The position numbers and the translations under genes are program-made. DNA of 26,975 bases from Catajapyx aquilonaris (lineage: Eukaryota), in NCBI GenBank assembly GCA_000934665.2, contig KZ538270.1:62001-88975 (forward strand). The letters run 5' to 3'. Below are positions 15,259-25,195 of this stretch, piece after piece. Under the pieces are notes generated by a model. It was not told the DNA's origin and did not search any database. It saw only the letters and a program-made list of their open reading frames with translations. Numbering within the stretch: position 1 is the stretch's first letter; every line of letters starts with the position of its first letter.

Positions 15259-15618
15259 CAGGGAGCATATACTACATAAGAGGCGCAAACTTCTGTCGAC
15301 GCCTTTGATGTTCGCGTCTCTCTGTTTGGGGCCGTTGCCAAGGCAAGCGGCCATTTTGAAGTGTGGGCAACGCCAACGAGGCATAAATGGGGTACAGGCA
15401 AAAATAGGGTCCGCCATCTTTGATCGTTGTGGCGGCCATGGCAACTACACGGCAAGAACACGCGCGAATCAAAGATGGCGGACCCTATTTTTTGCCTGTA
15501 CCCTATTTATACCTCGTTGGCGTTACCCACACTTCAAAATGGCCGCCAGCCTTGGCAACGGCCCCAAACAGAGAGACGCGAAAATCGAATGTTTGCGCCT
15601 CTTATGTAATGCTCCCTG
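15259..15618. mobile_element. Palindromic MITE, copy A (360 bp; P-superfamily-like)
   Basis: Termini CAGGGAGCAT...ATGCTCCCTG. Arms ~15259-15424 and ~15468-15618 are inverted copies. Exact 7-bp TSD CTTCAGG at 15252-15258 and 15619-15625. A second copy lies at 18179-18615. Confidence 0.92.
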
Positions 15619-15818
15619 CTTCAGGTCAGAAATATCTATCTTCTCTATAGTAATAAAGAGCAGAAAGTTTGTCTGTATGTCCGGGCGGCCTAACCCACTT
15701 TCAGACTACTGAGAGTACTGAAACTTGCCACATCGATATCAGAGGAAAGTCCCAAAACTGCATTTTAAAAAGTACATGCCCAAAATTTAGGATTTCAGGA
15801 CTTTACTCTGCTGTGCAG

Positions 15819-15860
15819 GTTCTTCGCGCAGGGATTGATATCAATCCCTGCGCGAAGAAC
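15819..15860. repeat. Perfect 42-bp loopless palindrome
   Basis: GTTCTTCGCGCAGGGATTGAT|ATCAATCCCTGCGCGAAGAAC; 21/21 complementary. Confidence 0.95.
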
Positions 15861-16604
15861 GGGTTCCCTGCTACTATAGTATAGTGTATACTCGTGCCTG
15901 TTGCATGTACAGTATGTTTATCGGTGCTTTGTATAGAGATGTGTGTAGTGCACACAAACGCATGGGACTATTTGAGAAAGTTGCCATCTGATGGGCCCAA
16001 CCCCCCCCTGCTCTTTCCGTCCCCCATTTTTGTTCTCGGGGGCCTCACCCTGTAATGCGATTAGGCCGCGACAAATTGTGTAAAGTTGTTGCCCCCACAC
16101 CGCAATCAAGCTCTCTATTGCTGGCGGCAGAGACAATCGACCTCATTCCGCAGGTAAACTCCGGCAGCGTTTGCCGTCGAAAAGTTCAAAGGTCAGCGGA
16201 CTTTTAATTATAGTGTCGAGGCTCCTATCGTCTCATATTCTCGTCCGTATGACAATAACTGTACAACCAGCACATTATAGAGAGTGTTTATCGCGGCATC
16301 GGGCATGTCCATTTCCCCCCCCCTTGAATGGATTGGGCATTCAGTAGTGAATCCTCCTTCTCTCAAGACATAAATAGACAGGTCCGATGCGATGAAGCTC
16401 TAGCATCACTTATTTGGCCGTGCACTTGTGCAAGCTCCACTCGGCCACTCTGCAACCACGATGGAAGCTGAGAGTGTTTTCATCCTGTCATGCCCGCAAC
16501 CCCAACAGCTTCCGTGCCTCTCGTGTAGTGTCGCCTCCAGGATGAGCCCAATTTGCACCACATGGGAGGGCTCTCGTCCACGTTCAGGACGCGCCTGCAC
16601 GCAC

Positions 16605-17322
16605 GGGCCGTAATCAGAGTCGTTCGCTAATGCAGCGCAAAAGTCCACACTAACTAGTGCGACGCTACGTCCTCATTAGCGCCACACTAGTTGCTTCCAT
16701 TCGGAGTTGCCTCACTGCCTGGTTAGAGGAGCACACTAGGTTCGAACACTGCACTAGCGAGACGCGGTGTTGCCACGATTTCACAGTCAGGTTTTCGGAC
16801 ACCGTCTGGGCTGTAAATGGGCTTTAAAATATTGATGCATGTCTATTTCGATTTTAATACATTTTATAGACCTGAAAACACATTTTAGATGATTAAATAA
16901 TTAGTAATGACGAATTTACGCAAAAAAAATCGGAGCTGGGGTCGGCGGGCGACGATCTTCATTCGTGCTTCATTTAATCTTAATTTAATCCCCAGGGCGA
17001 CGATCTTCATTTGTTTCCCCAGGCTGGGGAAACCAACAAATTAAGATTGAGCGCCAAAAATCGCTTAGCAGCAGTTTAAAAACTGCTAAGTTATTTTCAA
17101 ACTACCGCCACTGCCGAGTTCGATGTTAGTTCGACGCAAAAGAAGGGGGTCCCCTTCGCTAAGTTTTGCCTTAGTGCACCGCTTTAGCCGGATCGCACTA
17201 AGTCCGCACTAGGCCCGAACTAGGCCTAAAGCGCGACTCTGAATGCGACTTTTCTTAGTGAACTGGGACACGTGGTTTAAAACACTGCACTAACTTCTTG
17301 TTGTCGACTCTGAATACGGCCC
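16605..17322. mobile_element. Non-autonomous TIR element, PIF/Harbinger-like (718 bp)
   Basis: 18-bp terminal inverted repeats with one mismatch: GGGCCGTAATCAGAGTCG (16605-16622) and CGACTCTGAATACGGCCC (17305-17322). Flanks CAC and CAT suggest an imperfect 3-bp TSD. Recurrent CACTAG/CTAGTG/CACTAA subterminal motifs. Confidence 0.6.
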
Positions 17323-17969
17323 CATGTGTTTGGAACCATTCGAAAAAGGGTGTTATTGTCACACTCTCTATTATCCCTTTTTTTTTTCTCAGTGGAGCCA
17401 GCTATAGGGCAGCATCTCCCTCTCTCTCTTGATGGTATATAGCCCTTCCTCTATCCTCTCCCCCAGCATGCTCCCACCCTGCGGAAATTTCGCGAGCGGC
17501 GTTGCCAAGGCTACGGACGCAACCTGAGACTGAATCGGAATGGGAGCGTGGCTAAGGGGGGTCCTGCGGGTGGGTGGGATGGATGGGGGTGTGTATAGGA
17601 AGAGAGAGGGAAATAAAAGGGAGGGGGTTCTCTCTCTCTCCACCCACCCACTACCCGAGTGCTTTCCATTAGAGAGAGAGAAGAGAGAGCGTCGACGAGG
17701 GAACCCAAAAGGTAGAGAGAGAGAGAGAGAGACGACATCAACCCCCCCCCCCCTCTCTNATATATACAGCCATAGCACACACACACCCACACACCATCAC
17801 CTTGCAGCCTCCCCATCTCCCAATTTGCTGTCCCCGGCCGCAGTTAATGAACACGGAGGATCAGGTAACCCAGCAGCAAAAGGGGGGTTCTCCATGGAAA
17901 CGGGTTGGGTGGGAGAGAGACCCGGGGTAAAAAAACCCAGCCCGGCAGCAGCCAAAGGCACCGGGGGTA

Positions 17970-17982
17970 GTTGCCTAGCAAC
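17970..17982. promoter_or_regulatory. RFX X-box consensus match
   Basis: GTTGCCTAGCAAC fits GTNRCC(N0-3)RGYAAC exactly. Near matches at 17501-17514 and 17888-17901. Confidence 0.45.
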
Positions 17983-17983
17983 G

Positions 17984-18019
<36 letters not shown>
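17984..18019. repeat. (GAC)12 microsatellite
   Basis: Read directly from the sequence. Confidence 0.95.
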
Positions 18020-18110
18020 CGTCACTCTCGCTGCTGGATATGATATCTGTTACTCGCGGGACGATGACGCAAACGGAATAAATTCGGATGCTTTGTAATG
18101 CTGGGAAACA

Positions 18111-18125
18111 TTTATTTTATTTATT
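18111..18125 (-). terminator. Overlapping AATAAA polyadenylation signals, probably for the calpain gene
   Basis: Plus-strand TTTATTTTATTTATT gives three AATAAA hexamers on the minus strand, downstream of the calpain stop and MITE B. Confidence 0.55.
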
Positions 18126-18178
18126 TGGCAGATGCATGTCATTTAAAAAAAAGTTGCGGACAACTATCAGTGTTGCGG

Positions 18179-18615
18179 CAGGGAGCATATACTACATAAG
18201 AGGCGCAAACTTCTGTCGGCGTCTTTGATGTTCGCGTCTCTCTGTTTGGGGCCGTTGCCAAGGCTGGCGGCCATCTTGAAGTGTGGGCAACGCCAACGAG
18301 GTATAAATAGGGTACAGGTAAAGTACAGGCAAAAATAGGGTCCACCATCTTTGATGGTTTTGGCGGCCGTTTTGAAGTGTGGTCAACGCCAACGAGGTAT
18401 AAATAGAGTACAGGCAAAAATAGGGTCCGCCATCTTTGATGCAATTACACGGCAAGAACACGCGCGAATCAAAGATGGCAGACCCTATTTTTGCATGTGC
18501 CCTATTTATACCTCGTTGGCGTTCCACACACTTCAAAATTGCCGCCAGCAACGGCCCCAAACAGAGAGACGCAAAATTCGAATGTTTGCGCTTCTTATGT
18601 AGTGTATGCTCCCTG
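18179..18615. mobile_element. Palindromic MITE, copy B (437 bp), in the calpain 3' region
   Basis: Same family as 15259-15618 and same termini. Exact 7-bp TSD GTTGCGG at 18172-18178 and 18616-18622. Internal tandem duplication of ~80-90 bp in the left arm (~18266-18355 and ~18362-18440). Confidence 0.92.
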
Positions 18616-18642
18616 GTTGCGGTACAGAGTGTCTATCAAAAA

Positions 18643-20617
18643 TTACTTTTCGGAGACGATCCTGATGAGGAATCGGGCCTCCTTGTCTGGCTCGAATGTT
18701 GATGGGACTACCAGGTAGGTGCCAAGGGGCAGCTGGGTCCTGAGACTGACCTCCCGGGTGTTGATGAAGATGGACGAGGCCACTGGAGCGTTGCTGGACA
18801 GGAAGGCTCGTTTCTCCAGTCGGGGAAGGACACTGGACGGGTCCTCAACCTGCAATGCGGTGTGCCGGGTCATGATTTCCTGTCCGTCTCATCGTGGCCC
18901 GCCTTATATACATATACCTGAAATATGGAGAATCCGATGGTCCATGGGGTGGTTCTTATCCCGCGGGTGTCCTCCTGCTGAAGGGACACCAGCACGCTGC
19001 ACTCGGACATGTGACCCTCGTCTGGCTCCCTCAGGGTCATTACGAAGTGAGGGTTTTTCCAGAAAGTATCTGCGGGTCAGGAATGTCATCGAGCGTCAAC
19101 AAATCACATGTGATGTGCTGTACCTGTGTTGTTTCTGCATCCTCCTGCGGTTGACCCTTTGACCCATGCCCCCTTGTGGATGGTCATCACCCACCGATGC
19201 TGTCGCGCACCGTCGTCAGCCTCTGGGAAGACATGGCACATCTGCAGGACCTGGAAGTGCCTCAGAAAGTCGTTAAAGTCCATCCAGAACTCCCCGTCGG
19301 CGTCGAAGTTGAGTCCCATCCTTCTCCTGTCCTCCTCGGACACGGACGTCCACTCTGGAGACCCGTCGCTCCATGGACCAGTCCACTCCACCTGGTTGCC
19401 CCACGGGTTCCTCAGCCTCACCAGGAGGCCCTTGTTCTTCAGCGCTCTGGCTCTGGTCACGCTGTAGGCGTGTCCAGGAACCAGGCCCAGCTTGGGACGG
19501 GTCCTCCACTCTGGAGATGGCGACTTTGGGTACGGACTGCCTGGATCCTCCGGCTGGCTGAAGGAGCAGCAGGCCATGGAGCCTCTGAGGAGGGACTTGG
19601 CCAGAAGGAGGAAGAGCTGAGGAGGTGGTGAGGACAGCAGGATGGTCTCGGACACCCCTCCGGTCAGGTCCACCATGGCCTCAGTCGCCTGACCTCCGTC
19701 CAATGCCGCATACGAACCAAACAGTCTGATCAGATGATGGCTTGCATAATTTTACTCATGTTGATACACTCACTTGGCATAGGCCTTTTCCAGGAGAGGG
19801 CTCCAGAACTCTGCGTGGGATGCGGATCTGAGGAAGAGCAGCTGACCGTTCCTGGAGGGCAACCGGTCGTCCACCACCACCTCGACCCATGACCCGAACT
19901 GCCAGAACCTGAACCTGAATATCCCAGCGTACTTGTACTGGAAGCTCTGGTCTCTGGGGACCACACGGCGGAACAGATCGGGCTGGAGGGTCAGGTTGGC
20001 CACAGGGGACAACATCCAACAGTCACCTATTGATGAAGATGAAGACAAACGATCAATACGAATAAAACCCCCGAAGTTCACTGACCTAGTTCTCCTTGTT
20101 CGACGTCGAATCTGCTGGCTCCGTCCACAAACAGGCGCGGCTCCTCAGTCAGTTCCTATATAATGCAAACAGAGTAACCGATATGACCAACACATTCTTC
20201 GATAGATATGTGCTACCTTTGGCCTGCACCAGTTGACCTTTCCGTAGTCGTCTGCCCCAAGGGCTTCAGCAGTTGCTGGAAACTCCGGGTCTTCAAAGAG
20301 CACACCTGCGCTGAGACATCTCTCTTGAAGATGCTGGAAGCTGGCCTCTTCCTCCTCTTCTTGACTGTTGCGATGATTGTCCATCAGAAGAGGAATAGAC
20401 GACGGCCCGTCGGCAACGTCGACGCCACCGTCCCTTCTGTTCATCACCATTCCGCCGTCATCCGTCGCAGCATCCGCATGTCTGCACCACTCCCTAGGAT
20501 TCTACGCAAAACAATCTGTAATATATAGTTATATACAATGCAGGCTATCCTTTAACTTACATTCCAGCATGACCTCTTGACCTGCTGGTCAGCTTCAGTG
20601 GACGCGATCGACCCCAT
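18643..20617 (-). CDS. Calpain-family cysteine protease (CysPc catalytic domain plus domain III/CBSW; no penta-EF-hand seen), about 541 aa
   Basis: Manual splice model: complement(join(18643..18849,18918..19069,19124..19725,19774..20026,20086..20155,20217..20501,20561..20617)) = 1626 nt, all GT-AG introns of 48-68 bp. Motifs: [17 protein letters not shown] (catalytic Cys), [26 protein letters not shown] (His), RNPWG (Asn), [25 protein letters not shown]. The first exon (MGSIAST...) is less certain; an alternative in-frame ATG lies at 20450. Confidence 0.93.
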
Positions 20618-21670
20618 CGAGCAGTGTGACTCACTTTGAATGCTTGTCGAAAGTGGGCCTCACCTTGCACACTGATAACACCTTATCTCGCTTTACTAGT
20701 GTGACGTTTAGGAAAGAAAAAGCAGCCAAGCCCATTCAATGCTGTTATCAGCTCACCTTGGGCATGGGATATATGTATAGAGAATAAGAGAGGATGGGTC
20801 GCACACAATGATATTGTTTTCCAGAAGCATCTCAGGTGAATGCGCCACATAATATCATCTCTCTCGGAGAAGGACTCCCATGTCCAGCAGCTGATCAAAA
20901 ATCCAGGCTCCCAACCAAAAAAAGGAGGGTCGTGTTACCTGACTGGATTTTTTTTTTGGGAGCACTGAGACTGTAGGTGACAGATTTTTATGGGTGCTAT
21001 ACATGCAGTGTATGATGACACTTTGGAGGTACAAAAAAAAGAGGAAGTCCCTCGACACCAGAATAACAGCCGAGGGACAACCATGCCATTTTAATCAATA
21101 CTCTCTCTCGCTTCGGGCTTCCACCAAGATAATGCTAATTAGGGCCACACTGTTTGCAAATAATTAATGTGCCACCTTCATGTCAAATTTTCAAAACTAT
21201 TCATATACTACTTATGATATTATTAGAGTGCATTATCAGCGGACTTACTGATATGCTCTCCTATCTTATCTTTATCGTGACACTTCAGTTTTCTGGTATG
21301 AAACGATTAATTGAAGGCCACAGAACAACTCAGGTCGGATTACCCTAATAATGTCTGCCTGCCAACAATGCAGGCTCCCGTTTCAGCCACCTTGCCCGTT
21401 ATCATCACAACACAATTTTCACATAATGTAACCAGCCACTTCACCCATTTAAAAAAAACAAGTCGCACTGTAAATGCGAAATGAGTAGTACACGCAACAC
21501 ATGGTTGTGTTCAATATATTTTTTCCTACACAGAATTGCTGTTACACCAAGATCTAACAGAATAATAACAAAGAGACATTGCTCTATTGTGCCATGTCCA
21601 CCTCTCAATATTGTACAATAGTAATAAACATGCAAAGTGACATATAAACGGAGTCAACATGACGATGCGC

Positions 21671-24664
21671 TTAGCAAGGCGGAAGGGAGAGTCCTCTGTA
21701 CAAGTGCTCTCCACCTTCAGCTTCGGGTGCATCCATCTTTGTCCGCACGTGAGCCAAGGTGTTGGCAAAGTGGCGGCCAATCTGCTCCACCTCTTCGCTT
21801 GCCTCCAGAGCCGGAAGTTCCTCCTGGATTTTCCCAATAAGCTGCTCCAGGACTGGGATGGAAATCTGGGACAAATAAAGAGACAATGTAACTTTATTAG
21901 TCCCAAGTCCTCCGAGATTCAGAGTGGCGCCCTTACCTGCTCATCTCCCTTCTCGTAAAAGTACAGGTACTGGTTGAGGAGCTCGACAAATAGCTGCACC
22001 TGCACGGATGGGTCCATGCATTGCTGTGCCACCCTGGCCCCCTTCTTGAGGCACTCCCCTACTCTCTTGGCATCCCGCAGCTCCTCCCCTTCCCCGCCTG
22101 CCCCTTCCTCCCCCTCCTCCCCACCACCAGACTTCCTGCTCTTTCCGCTCCAGAACAAGTGCGCACATGTTCCCACCCCTCTGCACTGATCTGGCTTCTT
22201 CAGCAGCTTGGACGCAGCCAGAACACACTGCGTCCTCAGTGGCTCGTGGTTGTCCTCCCCGAAGCAGGAGCAGGCTTCCAGAGTGGCTGCCACCAGGGTG
22301 ATGGCCGCCAGCTGCGCCTTTGAATCAGAGATCTCATCCTCGTACAGTGAGAAGGCTTGCGAGAGAAACTCGTAGGCAACTGTCTCATGGCCTTCAAACG
22401 GGATCTTGCTTGCTGCTAACGCCCCTTGAAGGAACAGGCGGAGGGGAAGCTCCGCCATCTCCGCCTTAGTCAGGGCCACTATGGTCTGATGGCAGAACTG
22501 AAAGATCTTTCCCACCTTGCGGCTCCACTTTTCGTCCTCGTCACTCAGCGAATAGTACCGGAATGCTAGCTGGTATGCCTGAGAAAGCAACAACCTGTCA
22601 GTATACAGGCTACGGAATAACAACATTAGTGCAACATGCCTGGAAAACAAGGGGAGGCAGGGTGTACTTGATCCTGGATGGTCCGCCTGCACCAAAGTGT
22701 CTCCTGGCAGTAGTCAGCACAAGATACTGTTGGTCAGCGGTGTCGGCCTGCATGAGGTGAATGAACCTGGAAACCAGCCCTTGCTCCTCCGCAAAGTCTT
22801 CCGAGTCCATTGTGTCATCCTTGGCGCCTTCATCCGCGATCAGGGCGGACAGAAGGGACAAGGCTTGGTCTGCCTGCTCCGGTGTGGCCAACTGGGCATT
22901 GTGATCCAGGGCTGATGCAGCCAGGTAGGATCCCAGGGATCTCCGACCAGCCCTGTCCATCACTTGCATCAATGGTGCAAAGTTCGGCAGACGCAGGAGC
23001 GCCAGCAAGTCTTCATATGCATCCAGGGGCATTCGGAGAAGGCGGGACAACTCACGGCCAAGGGTTGACTGGTAGTCGACCTGTTGGAGGAGATAAGTCA
23101 CGAGCATTACAGCTGGCTGAAAGTAGCGAAAGAACTTACCTTTTCATTATCCTGAAGTCCTTTCGAGAGCAATGAAGCGGTGGATGCAAGCACTCTGTCG
23201 ACATGGTCCAGCCTCTCTGGTGCACACTTCAGTGCGAGTCCAACCAGAGCCACCTGAAGGGCGACCACATCCTCAGGAGCCATTCCCTGCCTGGCTTCCA
23301 TCACCTGCGACACCTGCTCCGAGAAGATGTCGAACAGCTCCACCCCCTGCATCCCCGGAGTCGGGATCACTGGGGCAGAGTCACCTCCCTGCCGTGCACC
23401 ACCCCCTGCGCCTCTCTGAGCAAACTGAGCCAGGCGATCAACCATGGCAATTATCACACTCTTGACGTTGACCGAGGCCTGCAGCTCGGAGCAGGCATGC
23501 AGGAAGGACTTCAAGGTCTGCAGGTGGAATTCGTCTGGAAACACCTGCAAGGAAGCCATATTAGCATCTAAAAACCTTTCACCGCAGTTGGTCATTATTA
23601 ACCTGTATGATGCACTCCATGAGGTATTCCTGTGCGATTCCATCCCTGCAGCTTACGACCTGTTCGAGTATGCCTGGCAGCACGAGCTTCCTGTAACACT
23701 GGGTGTCTACGCACTCCAGCTGGGAGAGTCGGACCAAGTTGGTGCCCACCAGTATTCGGAGGTCCTGCCGCTCTCTTTCCCTGCGCTCCTTGTCCCTGGA
23801 GTGTCCCTGGTGCTGCATCCGCACCCACAGCTTGTTCATCTCCGCAAAGTTCATCAGAACAAAGTCAATGGAGTCCTTGACCGACCCGCTCTCCACTAAC
23901 TCCAACCCGCCCGCTCCGTCCTGCTGGTCCAATTCCACCGGTCCCAATCCGGTGTCCACTTTCACCTCCACGTCTCCTCCCTCCTCCTCAGGCGAGTCCG
24001 GCAGGACGTTCCTGGTGCACTGCAGAAGGTAGTTGCGCAAGAACAGCCCCCTGAGTGGGTGCTGCACCCCCCTGCACATCTCCACCAGGTCCTTCAGGAT
24101 GTCCCGCCGCAACCCGCAATTCGTCTTGATATACACCAGACCCACGGTTATCAGCAGGTATCTGCAATACCAAATTAACGTCACACTCCTATCCCACAGG
24201 CGGTTCAAAAGCAAGTGCTTACAGCCTGGGGACAATGTTCCCTGCGTACTGCACCAGCTCGTACAAGTCAGCCACCTTCCTCCCCTTCTGGAACTCGTCC
24301 AGCAGGTACAGCTCCAGGTGCCTGAGCTCGTCCGTGACGGCCATGTAGAGCTCGTAGTAGGTCTTTGGGGAGAGCAGGGCCGTTCTGAGCTCCCCCAGCA
24401 TGGTCGAGGCGTGCTTGAGTCCGTCCATCAGCTTCCCCCTGTCCAGGCACCTCTTCATCTGGAAGGCCTGCGCCTTGACCACCCCCAGGGCCTCGTCCAG
24501 CAGCTTCTCCTGCTCCACCTCTCCGCTCCCTCCAAGCACAGAGGAGCTCGGCTGGGAAATGGAAAAAAAGGTGGGTCCACACGGTTACATGTAGTTGTAC
24601 GGTTGGTGGCGTGCGACACCATGCATCTCTTGGGCTCTCTTTTTAATGTTGGCATACTCACCAT
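21671..24664 (-). CDS. VPS35: Vacuolar protein sorting-associated protein 35 (retromer core subunit), 7 coding exons, 857 aa
   Basis: Manual splice model: complement(join(21671..21865,21937..22578,22640..23080,23140..23544,23603..24161,24223..24551,24662..24664)) = 2574 nt, frame continuous. Translation has hallmark VPS35 segments: [25 protein letters not shown] (PRLYL motif), [70 protein letters not shown]. Introns in transcript order: 110, 61, 58, 59, 61 (GC-AG), 71 bp. Confidence 0.97.
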
Positions 24665-24951
24665 GATGTTGTTATTGTTGTTGTTGTTGGGTCAGCTGTG
24701 CCCAGGGGCTGGCTGCTAGGAGAGGCGAATGAAGTGTTCCAACCCAGATGATGAAAATGGGAGGATCAGTCTCTGGCCAAGGATTATGGATTAACAATGT
24801 CAGGTGCAGAGACTACAAAGTAGTAAGACTCGCAGCCCAAGGTTTAGAGGTCTTCGCATGAAAATCCGGCCGCCCGCATGAACTTGGACTTGCGCCCGTT
24901 AGATGGCAGAGTGTTGGCCCTCTGGCGGAGGAAAGTCGCACTAGAAGGACT

Positions 24952-25195
24952 GCTATGGCCATCTGGCGGGGGCAAGTCAAAGTACGCTACGATATGTCCA
25001 TCTGGCGGGGGCAAGTCCAAGTACGCTACGATATGTCCATCTAGCGGGAGCAAGTCCAAGTACGAGGAGATATGTCTATCTAGCGGGGGCAAGTCAAAGT
25101 ACGAGAAGATATGTCCATCTAGCGGGAGCAAGTCCAAGTACGAGAAGATATGTCCATCTAGCGGAAGCAAGTCCAAGTACGCGAAGATATGTCCA
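24952..25195. repeat. 39-bp minisatellite, left part (6 units plus 10 bp)
   Basis: Unit approx. GATATGTCCATCTAGCGGGAGCAAGTCCAAGTACGAGAA starting at 24952, 24991, 25030, 25069, 25108, 25147, with a partial unit at 25186. Confidence 0.95.

Noticed and set aside
15184..15712. Several similar ORFs (MADPIFACT...) also seen at 18139-18718
   Set aside because: Translations of the palindromic MITE; no transposase motifs.
23172..24719. Long plus-strand ORFs overlapping VPS35
   Set aside because: Antisense shadows of GC3-rich VPS35 exons.
24952..25195. CRISPR-like periodic array
   Set aside because: Units are head-to-tail 39-mers with no unique spacers, no cas genes are present, and the context is eukaryotic. 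It is a minisatellite.
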